A DNA stretch of 64,000 nucleotides from Coriobacteriia bacterium (GTDB taxonomy: Bacteria > Actinomycetota > Coriobacteriia > Coriobacteriales > Atopobiaceae). Location: the NCBI GenBank assembly GCA_030530145.1, contig JAUMVN010000003.1:23037-87036 (forward strand). The letters run 5' to 3'. Below the pieces are notes generated by a model. It was not told the DNA's origin, made no database searches, and worked only from the letters and a program-made list of their open reading frames with translations. The translations under genes and the position numbers were made by a program. Below are positions 20,460-29,150 of the stretch, piece by piece (positions within the stretch are counted from its first letter, which is position 1; each line of letters opens with the position of its first letter).

Positions 20460-21311
20460 ATGCTCGTCACCACCACCCAGATGCTCAAGGACGCCCAGGC
20501 CGGCCACTACGCCGTCGGCGCCTTCAACGTCGAGAGCCTCGAGTTCGTCATGGCCGTGATCCGCGCCGCCGAGGACAAGAAGTCCCCGGTCATCATGCAG
20601 ACCACCCCCGGCACCGTCAAGTACGCCAACCTCGACTACTTCGCCGCCATGGCCAAGGTCGCCGCCGACGCCGCGTCCGTGCCCGTGGCCATCCACCTGG
20701 ACCACGGCGACGGCTTCGACCGCTGCGTCCAGGCCATGCACGCCGGCTACACCTCCGTCATGATCGACGGCTCGCACGACACCTTCGAGGACAACATCGC
20801 CCTCACCGCGTCCGTGACCAAGGTCGCCGCTCCTCTCGGCATCCCCGTGGAGGCCGAGCTCGGCAAGGTCGGCGGCAAGGAGGACGACGGCCCGGCCGTG
20901 GAGGGCGAGAACCCCTACACCGACCCGGACGAGGCCGAGGAGTTCGTGGCCCGCACCGGCTGCAGCTCGCTCGCCGTCGGCGTCGGCACCGCGCACGGCG
21001 TCTACAAGGGCACCCCGCACATCGAGCAGGGCGTCCTCAAGGAGATCCGCTCCCGCCTGGAGATCCCGCTGGTGCTCCACGGCACCTCCGGCGTGCCCGA
21101 CGACCAGGTGGCCGAGGCTATCCGCAACGGCATCTGCAAGGTTAACTACGCCACCGAGCTGCGCCAGGCCTACACCAAGGGCTTCATGGGCTACATGGCC
21201 GAGAACCCCGGCTGCTTCGACCCGAAGAAGCCCGCTAAGCCCGGCATGCAGGAGATCTACGACGTCGTCGCGTCCCACATGGACAACCTCGGCTCCACCG
21301 GCCGCGCGTAG
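20460..21311 (+). CDS. Class II fructose/tagatose-1,6-bisphosphate aldolase (GatY/KbaY-like)
   Basis: AVGAFN, IHLDHG, SVMIDGS, VEAELG, GTAHG, LVLHGTSG, KVNYAT; context implies tagatose specificity. Confidence 0.9.
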   Translation: MLVTTTQMLKDAQAGHYAVGAFNVESLEFVMAVIRAAEDKKSPVIMQTTPGTVKYANLDYFAAMAKVAADAASVPVAIHLDHGDGFDRCVQAMHAGYTSVMIDGSHDTFEDNIALTASVTKVAAPLGIPVEAELGKVGGKEDDGPAVEGENPYTDPDEAEEFVARTGCSSLAVGVGTAHGVYKGTPHIEQGVLKEIRSRLEIPLVLHGTSGVPDDQVAEAIRNGICKVNYATELRQAYTKGFMGYMAENPGCFDPKKPAKPGMQEIYDVVASHMDNLGSTGRA

Positions 21312-21323
21312 AGGACGGCACAG

Positions 21324-22262
21324 ATGATCCTCACCGTAACCATGAATCCGTCGATCGACACGGCGTACCCGCTCGACGGCGCGCTCAAGATCGACGACGT
21401 CAACCGCGTGACGCCCACCAAGACCGCGGGCGGCAAGGGCCTGAACGTGACCCGCGTGCTCGGGCAGCTGGGCGACGACGTGGTGGCCACCGGGCTTCTC
21501 GGCGGCAAGATGGGCATGTTCCTGGCTGACCGCATGGACGAGGACGGCGTTACGCACGACTTCGCGCAGATCGCCGGCGAGAGCCGCGTGTGCATCGCCG
21601 TGCTGCACGAGGGCAACCAGACCGAATTCCTGGAGGCCGGGCCCGAGGTGTCTGCCGACGAGCTGGCCGGATTTACCGAGAAGTTCCGCGGGCTCGCGGC
21701 CCGCGCCGACGTGGTGACCATGTCCGGCAGCCTGCCGCGCGGCGTCGACGCCGGCTACTATGCCGAGCTCGTGGGCATCGCGACCGAGGCCGGGGCCAAG
21801 GTGCTTCTCGACACCTCGGGCGCATCCCTCGACGCGGCGCTCGCGGCCGACGTCAAGCCTTACCTGGTCAAACCCAACCTGAGCGAGCTCGGAGCGCTCC
21901 TGGGCAAGACGTTCGAGCCGGGCGACCTCGCCTCGGTCAAGGCCGCCATCGAGGAGGACGGGCGCTTCGACGGCGTCGCGTGGGTCGTCGTCTCCATGGG
22001 CGCCGCCGGCTCCGCCGCCTTCCACGACGGGCAGGTCTTCCGCGCCGTGCCGCCGCGCATCGAGTGCGTGAACGCGACCGGCTCGGGCGACTCCACCATC
22101 GCCGGCTTCGCGCACGGCATCGCCGCCGGCGCCGAGTCCGCCGAGGTCCTGCGCCTGGGCAACACCTGCGGCACCCTCAACGCGATGGACCCCAAGACCG
22201 GCCACCTGCCGATGGAGCGCTGGGACGAGGTCTACGCCGCCGTGACCGTCACGGAGGAGTAG
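21324..22262 (+). CDS. PfkB-family kinase, tagatose-6-phosphate/1-phosphofructokinase (LacC-like)
   Basis: TVTMNPSID, GGKGLNV, KPNLSEL, NATGSGDS. Confidence 0.9.
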   Translation: MILTVTMNPSIDTAYPLDGALKIDDVNRVTPTKTAGGKGLNVTRVLGQLGDDVVATGLLGGKMGMFLADRMDEDGVTHDFAQIAGESRVCIAVLHEGNQTEFLEAGPEVSADELAGFTEKFRGLAARADVVTMSGSLPRGVDAGYYAELVGIATEAGAKVLLDTSGASLDAALAADVKPYLVKPNLSELGALLGKTFEPGDLASVKAAIEEDGRFDGVAWVVVSMGAAGSAAFHDGQVFRAVPPRIECVNATGSGDSTIAGFAHGIAAGAESAEVLRLGNTCGTLNAMDPKTGHLPMERWDEVYAAVTVTEE

Positions 22263-22280
22263 CCGACGCGCTTCTCGCCG

Positions 22281-22410
22281 TCCCCTGCCGACAGCAACGG
22301 GCCTGTTGTGTACGCCTACGGAGGTACACAACAGGCCCGTTTTCGTCTCTCGGCGGCTAAGCGCCCGAGTTCTGTACGTCTTCACACGTACAGAACACCG
22401 CTCTAAGCGC
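22281..22410 (+). repeat. Palindromic repeat family B, copy 1 (two hairpins)
   Basis: Perfect 17-bp stem ACGGGCCTGTTGTGTAC/GTACACAACAGGCCCGT and 11-bp stem GTTCTGTACGT/ACGTACAGAAC; direct copy at 23953-24080. Confidence 0.88.
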
Positions 22411-22483
22411 CTTGACCCGGTTCCCGCCAGCTCATCTCCGCCAAACAAGAGCTCTCTCGGAAGCACATCCTTTCGAGCGGGTT

Positions 22484-22554
22484 TTCTAACCATTATTCTC
22501 CCCATGATGGTTAGGGTGGTTAGCTAATGGTTAGAATGGTTAACAAACGGTTAG
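22484..22554. repeat. Array of GGTTAG-type hexamers immediately upstream of the AlbA gene
   Basis: Direct copies at 22508, 22517, 22528, 22537, 22548 (spacing 9/11/9/11) and one inverted copy at 22486-22492. Confidence 0.75.
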
Positions 22555-22567
22555 AAAGGTGGATGAG

Positions 22568-23893
22568 ATGCGCTTTCAAGAGACGGAAACGGTCGAATTA
22601 AAGGCAGTCGTACGAGATGACGTTAAGAAGGAAATCGTCGCATTCGCCAACTGCAACGGCGGGACCGTCTTTATCGGCGTTGCCGATGACGGCACCGTTA
22701 TAGGCGTGGAGAACCCTGACGACTGCGCCCTGCAGATCTCCAATACGGTTCGTGATTCCATAAAGCCCGATATAACGATGTTCGTTCACTACGAGACGTT
22801 AGAACTTGAGGGCAAGAAGATGATCGCCGTCGAGGTCCAACGCGGCACGAACCGCCCCTATTACCTCGCAAAGAAAGGACTGAGGCCCGAAGGCGTGTAT
22901 GTGCGGCAGGGCTATTCCTCTGTGCCAGCAACGGATGCGGCCATTCGCCAGATGATCAAGGAGACTGACGGGGACAGCTTTGAAGACATGCGCTCGGTGG
23001 ACCAAGAGCTGACTTTTGAGGCCACCCAAAAGGAATTTCGAGTTCGCGGCATTGAATTTGGTCGACCGCAGATTAAGACCTTGAAATTGATTTCCGACGA
23101 CGGGCTCTACACCAATCTCGGCCTTCTCTTGTCCGATCAGTGCCCCCACACCATCAAGGTGGCGGTATTTGACGGGACGGACCAAAACGTCTTTAAGGAC
23201 CGTAGGGAATTCCACGGTTCGCTGATGAGACAGCTCAACGAGGTCTATGAATACATTGACCTGCAGAACAAGACTCAGGCCACCTTCGAAAAGCTGCTGA
23301 GGATTGACACTAGGGATTACCCCGAGGCCGCCGTTCGTGAAGCGCTTCTCAACACATTGATACATCGCGACTATTCCTTTAGTGCCAGCTCCTTGATCAG
23401 CGTTTACGACGACCGGATTGAGTTCGTCTCAATCGGCGGGCTTGTGCAGGGCATGGAACTAGAGGATCTGTCGCTGGGAATTTCCGTTTGCAGGAACCCT
23501 CAACTTGCCAACGTCTTTTACAGGCTGCAGCTAATCGAGGCGTACGGCACGGGCATGAAGAAGATAATGGGCGCCTACGCCGGCCTTAAAGAAACGCCGC
23601 AGGTCCTTGCGACCAATAACGCTTTCAAAGTCGTGCTTCCAAATATGAACGCAATCACGACGGATGCAGACGGTACCTCAATCGGAGTGGATGACAATCG
23701 CAATCCGGAGTCAAACGAAAAGAGGGTCTTGGTATATCTCCGCGCTAATCAATGGATCACAAGAAAGCAGGCGCAGGAATTACTCGGGGTAGGTCAAACC
23801 CAGGCGGGTCGTGTTCTCAAGTCGATGGTGGACGACGGGCTTATCAGGCAGATTGGCGGTAGCCGCACTACCCGTTATGAACTTACCCGCTAG
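22568..23893 (+). CDS. Schlafen/AlbA_2 domain + GHKL-like (HATPase_c_4, often annotated RecG-like) + C-terminal wHTH protein
   Basis: ETETVELK, EIVAFANCNGGTVFIGVADDG; YPEAAVREALLNTLIHRDY, RNPQLANVF..IEAYGTG; WITRKQAQELLGV. Visibly lower GC than its neighbours. Confidence 0.85.
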   Translation: MRFQETETVELKAVVRDDVKKEIVAFANCNGGTVFIGVADDGTVIGVENPDDCALQISNTVRDSIKPDITMFVHYETLELEGKKMIAVEVQRGTNRPYYLAKKGLRPEGVYVRQGYSSVPATDAAIRQMIKETDGDSFEDMRSVDQELTFEATQKEFRVRGIEFGRPQIKTLKLISDDGLYTNLGLLLSDQCPHTIKVAVFDGTDQNVFKDRREFHGSLMRQLNEVYEYIDLQNKTQATFEKLLRIDTRDYPEAAVREALLNTLIHRDYSFSASSLISVYDDRIEFVSIGGLVQGMELEDLSLGISVCRNPQLANVFYRLQLIEAYGTGMKKIMGAYAGLKETPQVLATNNAFKVVLPNMNAITTDADGTSIGVDDNRNPESNEKRVLVYLRANQWITRKQAQELLGVGQTQAGRVLKSMVDDGLIRQIGGSRTTRYELTR

Positions 23894-23952
23894 AAGGTGT
23901 GGGCGAGGTCGGAACCTTGCAGGCGACGCCCTCGGCGTCACGGGACTCGTCG

Positions 23953-24080
23953 CCCTTGCCGACAGCAAACGGGCCTGTTATGTACGTCTTCGGAGGTACA
24001 CAACAGGCTCGTTTTCGTTTCTCAACGGCCAAATGCTCGAGTTCTGTACGCCTTCGCACGTGCAGAACTCCGCTCCAAGC
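23953..24080 (+). repeat. Palindromic repeat family B, copy 2
   Basis: Colinear, diverged direct copy of 22281-22410 that retains both hairpins. Confidence 0.88.
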
Positions 24081-24100
24081 ACGTACGTACAGCTCAGCCT

Positions 24101-24403
24101 TTACGCAACCCCAAGCTCCAGCGGGTCCTCCACGCGTTCCGCCTCATATGCGACAAAGGGGTCGATGTCGATGCACGTCGTCGGGTCGTAGTTGCCGCTC
24201 ACGTCCCAGGCGACGCTTCCGTTGAGAACCGTCAACGCGTCGCGGAAGAACGAGTCGTCAGCCAAGGCCGAAAACACCCCGCCGCCTGCTATAGCCGCAG
24301 ACATGTCCAACTTGGTTATCTTGCCATCAGAAAAGTAGGTGTAGACCGTCTTACCGGGCCCAGCAACCGACTGCACCACCTCTGGATAGTATTCCAACAA
24401 CAT
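24101..24403 (-). CDS. DUF2442-like small protein
   Basis: VYTYFSDG..KLDMS..VFSALAD..FF...GSVAW...IDIDP pattern. Confidence 0.7.
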   Translation of the reverse strand: MLLEYYPEVVQSVAGPGKTVYTYFSDGKITKLDMSAAIAGGGVFSALADDSFFRDALTVLNGSVAWDVSGNYDPTTCIDIDPFVAYEAERVEDPLELGVA

Positions 24404-24482
24404 GCCAGCCCCCTTATCAGCATGCTTGCATATTACCCCGAGACGGCTCCACCTCAGCCACGGAACAGCGCAACGAACAAAA

Positions 24483-24518
24483 GCGGGTCAGCCGCGATAA
24501 GCGGCTGACCTGCTGTTT
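24483..24518. terminator. Terminator hairpin downstream of tRNA-Arg
   Basis: GCGGGTCAGCCGC-GATAA-GCGGCTGACCTGC flanked by A and T runs. Confidence 0.7.
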
Positions 24519-24522
24519 TGTC

Positions 24523-24598
24523 TGGTGCCCCCGGACGGATTCGAACCGCCGACACCGGCTTTAGGAGAGCCGTGCTCTATCCCCTGAGCTACGAAGGC
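24523..24598 (-). tRNA. tRNA-Arg (anticodon CCT)
   Basis: Reverse complement folds as a cloverleaf: GCCTTCG acceptor, anticodon arm CGGCT-CT-CCT-AA-AGCCG, TTCGAAT T-loop, encoded CCA. Confidence 0.96.
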
Positions 24599-24734
24599 AT
24601 GGATGATTAGTTTAGCACGTGGACCCCTATAGGTCATCGATTAGTCAAGCGCGGGGATCAGGCCACTCAAAAGTAAAGGCCGAGAGCAAGATTACGCGCT
24701 CTGTCCGTCATTTCATACCCTTGATAACAGCTAG

Positions 24735-24867
24735 GTCTGACTTTTCACACTTTAAAATAGGACTGTCTAAGTGGCAAAGTAGGTCAACACTGCATTTTCC
24801 CAGGTAAACAGCTTATGGATTGAACAGCTACTCAATGTAGCCAATTTTAAAGTGTGAAAAGTCAGAC
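24735..24867. repeat. MITE-like element (family C) with a perfect 24-bp inverted repeat
   Basis: GTCTGACTTTTCACACTTTAAAAT (24735-24758) and its exact reverse complement (24844-24867); 85-bp AT-rich spacer. Confidence 0.85.
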
Positions 24868-25021
24868 TTTGTTCGTTCCCAGTCCCACGTGATCGGCACA
24901 CACGCAGCCAACCCCCGGCACAACCCTTTGCAAAACGCCGCCGCGTCCCCCACGGCAAAGAAAAACCCGCCGGGGCGCTCTGCCGCGGCGGGTCTCGTTT
25001 CGCTATGAAGAAGGACTTCCC

Positions 25022-25696
25022 TTACTTGTCCTTCTTGGCGGCCTTGGCGGCCTCCTTCTCGGCGGCGAGCTTGGCAGCCTTGCCGTTCTCGGACTTGAGG
25101 AAGTCGGAGACCTTCTTGTCGTTCATGCCCTGCAGGCGCCTCTCGGCGGCCTTGCGGAACGGGCGGCGCTTGCGGAAGTCGTAGACGAACGCCGCGATGA
25201 TGAACGCGTACGCGAGCACGAGCGTGACGAGGCCGGCGATGCCCTGCACGGTCGTGTACTCCTTCGACTCGCTCGGGAAGACGTACGTGACCAGCAGCGA
25301 GATGACCGTGAAGCCGAAGCCCAGGCCCAGCAGGATCCACCACATCTTCTCGGTCTTCTTGAACGCCGGGTCGCCCTTGAGGATGTAGTCGTACGCCTGG
25401 TTGCGCTTGTCCTCGAGCGCGCGCTCCTCGGCGCGGGCGGCCTTCTTCTCTTCCTTGGTCATGGTGGCGGGGTTCTTCTTCGGGCGGCTGCCCTCCATGC
25501 GCACGGAAGCGGCAGCCTCGCGGGCCGGCTTGGCGCCCGCCGCGGTGGCCTTGCCGGTCTTGAACGGGTCGTAGGCGGCGACGGCCTTCTCGTCGTCGAC
25601 GGCCTTCTCTTCGCCGTCCTTGGCCTTCTTGGTCATGGACTCGGCGGTTTCCTTGGCCTCGTCTCGAGCGCCTTCGATGGTCTCACGCAGGGACAT
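25022..25696 (-). CDS. Conserved hypothetical membrane protein (two TM helices, Lys/Ala/Glu-rich ends)
   Basis: 224-aa ORF with host-like codon usage, directly downstream of purC. Confidence 0.7.
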   Translation of the reverse strand: MSLRETIEGARDEAKETAESMTKKAKDGEEKAVDDEKAVAAYDPFKTGKATAAGAKPAREAAASVRMEGSRPKKNPATMTKEEKKAARAEERALEDKRNQAYDYILKGDPAFKKTEKMWWILLGLGFGFTVISLLVTYVFPSESKEYTTVQGIAGLVTLVLAYAFIIAAFVYDFRKRRPFRKAAERRLQGMNDKKVSDFLKSENGKAAKLAAEKEAAKAAKKDK

Positions 25697-25702
25697 TAGA
25701 CT

Positions 25703-26584
25703 CTAGACTCCTTTGGGGTCGAACTCGGTACCGGTGATGATCTGGAACGCCTCCTGATAGCGGTTGGAGGTTCCCTCGATGACGTCCGCGGGGATGCGGG
25801 GCGGCTCGCCCTGCATGTTCCAGTTGGCGCGCAGCCAGTCGCGGACGTACTGCTTGTCGTAGCTGGGCTGGACATGGCCCTCGGCGTAGCCCTCGGCCGG
25901 CCAGAAGCGGCTGGAGTCCGGGGTCAGGCACTCGTCGATAAGGGTGAGCTGGCCGTCAATGAAGCCGAACTCGAACTTGGTGTCGGCGATGATGATGCCG
26001 CGGGTGGCGGCATACTCGGCAGCAGCCTTGTAGATGGAAAGAGACGCGTCGCGCAGCTGCTCGGCCACGTCGGCGCCCACGATCTGGGCGCAGCGCTCGA
26101 AGCTGATGTTCTCGTCGTGGTCGCCGAGCTCAGCCTTGGTAGACGGCGTGAAGATGGGCTCGGGGAGCTTGGACGCCTCGGTCAGACCCTCGGGAAGCTT
26201 GATGCCGCAGACAGTGCCGTCGGCGTCGTAGGTCTTCTTGCCGGAGCCGGTGAGGTAGCCGCGGACGATGCACTCGATGGGCACGGTCTGGGCCTTCTTC
26301 ACGAGCATGGAGCGGCCGGCAAGGTAGTCGCCGTACTGCTGGTACTCGGCCGGGAAGTCGGCGACGTCGCAGGAGATCATGTGGTTGGGCATGAGGTCGG
26401 CGAAGCGCTCGAACCAGAACGCGGAGATGCGGGTCAGAACCTCGCCCTTGTGCGGGATCTCGTCGGGGAGGATGAAGTCGTACGCGGAGATGCGGTCGGA
26501 GGCGACCATGAGCAGGCTGTCGCCGCAATCGTAGATGTCGCGCACCTTGCCGTGGGAATCCGGGCGCTTCTGGATCTCGGACAT
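25703..26584 (-). CDS. purC: Phosphoribosylaminoimidazole-succinocarboxamide synthase
   Basis: GKVRDIY, SDRISAYD, ECIVRGYLTGSG, IIADTKFEFG, DECLTPDSSRFW, DKQYVRDWL. Confidence 0.96.
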   Translation of the reverse strand: MSEIQKRPDSHGKVRDIYDCGDSLLMVASDRISAYDFILPDEIPHKGEVLTRISAFWFERFADLMPNHMISCDVADFPAEYQQYGDYLAGRSMLVKKAQTVPIECIVRGYLTGSGKKTYDADGTVCGIKLPEGLTEASKLPEPIFTPSTKAELGDHDENISFERCAQIVGADVAEQLRDASLSIYKAAAEYAATRGIIIADTKFEFGFIDGQLTLIDECLTPDSSRFWPAEGYAEGHVQPSYDKQYVRDWLRANWNMQGEPPRIPADVIEGTSNRYQEAFQIITGTEFDPKGV

Positions 26585-26705
26585 CGAATACCTCGATTTC
26601 GTTGGTCGGCGGCTCTGGTTCGCCGCCTTGCTCCATAACGTGCAAAAGTATACGTCAGCGCGCCGGGCGCTGCCGTGGCAAGAAGCGCGCGTCGCCGTCC
26701 CAGCC

Positions 26706-28256
26706 CTATGCCTCCTGGAGCGCCTGCGCGAGGTTGCGGCGCTTCTGGTCGCGCGGGATGCGCAGCGTGAAGGTGGTGCCGCGGCCCAGCTCGGACTCGA
26801 CCAGGATCGTGCCGTTGTGCTTGTCCACGATCTCCTTGGTCAGCGAGAGGCCGACGCCGAGCCCGCCGCTCACGCGCTCGCGGCTCACGTCGGAGCGCCA
26901 GAAGCGCGAGAAGGTCTGGGGGATGTCCTCTTTCGCGATGCCGATGCCCGTGTCCTGCACCGAGATCAGCACGTCTCCCCGCTCCTGCCGCACCGACACG
27001 GTGACGTAGCCGTCGGAGTCCGTGTAGCGCATGGCGTTGCTCATCAGGTTGACCACGGCCTCGCGGATCATGTCCGCGTCGATGTCGGCCATGAGCTCTT
27101 CTCGCCCGGTGTCGTTAATAAACCGCAGGTGGAGGCCCTTCTCGTGGAACAGCGCGTGCTGCGAGTTCACGAGGCTGCGGATCAGGTAGACCACGTCGGC
27201 GCGCTCGGTCTTGAGCTCGGTGCCGCCGTTCTCCAGGCGGCTCAGCTTGAGCATAGCGTCCACCAGGCGAGATAAGCGCCGCACCTCGGAGGCCACCGTC
27301 TCGAAGTGCTCGTCGTCGGCGGGGAGCACGCCGTCCTGCATAGCCTCGACCGTGGCCTGCATGGCCATGAGCGGGGTGCGCAGCTCGTGGGCCACGTCGC
27401 CCGTCAGGCGGTGCTCGAGCTTGAGGTCGCGCTCGAGGGAGGTGGCCATGTCGTCGAACGTCTCGCCAAGTTGGCCGATCTCGTCGGCGCCCTTGACGCC
27501 GGAGCGGGCCGTGAGGTCGCCGTTGCGGATCTGCTTGGCGGTGTTGGTGATCTTCTGGATGGGGCTCGTCATGCGCCGCGACGTGAAGTAGCCGATCACG
27601 CAGGCCAGGATCACGCCCGCCGCCGCCGCGATGCCGATGGCCTCGAACGAGCTGTCCTTGAACGCCGAGTCCGCCTTGGTAAGAAGCGCGTCCGACCCGA
27701 AGGCCCACAGCCGGACCGTGCCGACCTCGCGCCCCTCGTCGTCCGTGATCGAGGCGGTGACCACCGAGTCGGCCCCCGTTGGCGCCAGCGAGCTCACGCT
27801 CTGCGCCGCGAGGGTGCCGTCGCCCTTGACCTTGGCGGAGTCTCCCCCGGCGGCCCAGGTGTCGTCGTAGAGCACGCCGCCCTCGGCGTCGATGACCTGC
27901 ACGCCGATGTCGGACGAGAAGGTCGACGCCGTGGAGGCGGCCGAGACCACCTGCGCGGTCCAGCGGCCCTCATCGCCGTACGCCTCCGAGATCGAGGCGG
28001 CCGTGGAATCGGCGATGGACTGCATGTTCTGCCTGGTGTAGCTGGAGAACTGCCCGCCCCACACCACGGCCAGCACCGTGACGAAGATGAGCGCCATCAT
28101 CAGCGCGATGAGCGCGAAGGCCATGGTCATGCTCGCCGTGAAGGACGGGCCGCCCGCGGGCTTGCGCTTGATGGTGTTCCACGAGTTACGAGACGAGGGC
28201 CGCTTGGAGCCCTCGTCTACGTGCGCGTTCTTTCCGATGACGAACTTTGCCGCCAC
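26706..28256 (-). CDS. Sensor histidine kinase (two TM, HAMP, HisKA, HATPase; BaeS-like)
   Basis: DVAHELRTPL H-box, NLMSNAMRY N-box, DTGIGI, FSRFWR, GLGVGL. Confidence 0.92.
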   Translation of the reverse strand: MAAKFVIGKNAHVDEGSKRPSSRNSWNTIKRKPAGGPSFTASMTMAFALIALMMALIFVTVLAVVWGGQFSSYTRQNMQSIADSTAASISEAYGDEGRWTAQVVSAASTASTFSSDIGVQVIDAEGGVLYDDTWAAGGDSAKVKGDGTLAAQSVSSLAPTGADSVVTASITDDEGREVGTVRLWAFGSDALLTKADSAFKDSSFEAIGIAAAAGVILACVIGYFTSRRMTSPIQKITNTAKQIRNGDLTARSGVKGADEIGQLGETFDDMATSLERDLKLEHRLTGDVAHELRTPLMAMQATVEAMQDGVLPADDEHFETVASEVRRLSRLVDAMLKLSRLENGGTELKTERADVVYLIRSLVNSQHALFHEKGLHLRFINDTGREELMADIDADMIREAVVNLMSNAMRYTDSDGYVTVSVRQERGDVLISVQDTGIGIAKEDIPQTFSRFWRSDVSRERVSGGLGVGLSLTKEIVDKHNGTILVESELGRGTTFTLRIPRDQKRRNLAQALQEA

Positions 28257-28347
28257 GTCTGCCTCCTTGCGGCCATCCTATCGAGAAGGGCGCGCCGAGC
28301 CTCCGCGGCCCCGCGCGCCCGTTGCTAGCTGCTCGAGCCTGCGAACC

Positions 28348-29061
28348 TTACTTGCCCTCGGCCTTCTCGGGGGCCTCGAAGCGGTAGCCGACGCCGTGGA
28401 CGGTGTAGAGCCAGCGCGGGTTGCGCGGGTCGTCGCCGAGCTTGGCGCGCAGGTTCTTGACGTGCGAGTCGATGGTGCGCTCGTAGCCCTCGAAGTCGTA
28501 GCCGAGGACCTTCTCGACGAGCTCCATGCGCGTGTAGACGCGGCCCGGATAGCGCGCCAGCGTGGTGAGCAGCTTGAACTCGGACGCGGTGAGGTCGACC
28601 TCCTTGCCTTCGACGAGGACCTTGTGGCCGCTGATGTCGATGACGAGGTCGCCGAAGTCGAGCACCTCGAGCGCCGGCTCGGCCTCGGTGTGCGCGCGGC
28701 GAAGAAGCGCGCGGACGCGGGCCACGAGCTCGCGCGGGCTGAACGGCTTGATCAGGTAGTCGTCGGCGCCGAGCTCGAGGCCGATGATGCGGTCCTCGAC
28801 CTCGCCCTTGGCGGTGAGCATGATGATGGGCACGTTGGAGGTCTCGCGGATGGCGCGGCAGACGCGCTCGCCGGAGAGCTTGGGGAGCATAAGGTCGAGG
28901 ATCACGAGGTCGAAGGAGTGCTTCTCGAACTCCTCAACGGCAGATTGACCGTCGCCCACGCCGCGCACGATATAGCTCTCGCGCTCGAGATAGGCCGCGA
29001 CGGCGTCGCGAATGGCCTTCTCGTCCTCAACCAGCAGAATCTTCTTCTCGTCTGAAGCCAT
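28348..29061 (-). CDS. OmpR/PhoB-family response regulator
   Basis: ILLVEDE, DLMLP, MLTAK, GADDYLIKPF, RTIDSHVKNLRAKL, TVHGVGY. Confidence 0.94.
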   Translation of the reverse strand: MASDEKKILLVEDEKAIRDAVAAYLERESYIVRGVGDGQSAVEEFEKHSFDLVILDLMLPKLSGERVCRAIRETSNVPIIMLTAKGEVEDRIIGLELGADDYLIKPFSPRELVARVRALLRRAHTEAEPALEVLDFGDLVIDISGHKVLVEGKEVDLTASEFKLLTTLARYPGRVYTRMELVEKVLGYDFEGYERTIDSHVKNLRAKLGDDPRNPRWLYTVHGVGYRFEAPEKAEGK

Positions 29062-29150
29062 GGCGGCCTCCTTGCATGTGTTTTGCGTGTATTCAGGCCG
29101 TCATGCGGCCCATAAGTGGAATTAGTTTACCCCACCGCGGGGCGCGGCGG

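Noticed and set aside
22260-24598. Integrative element attached at tRNA-Arg(CCT)
   Set aside because: No integrase and no duplicated tRNA 3' end was noticed in the window; only a hotspot-like accumulation of small accessory genes.
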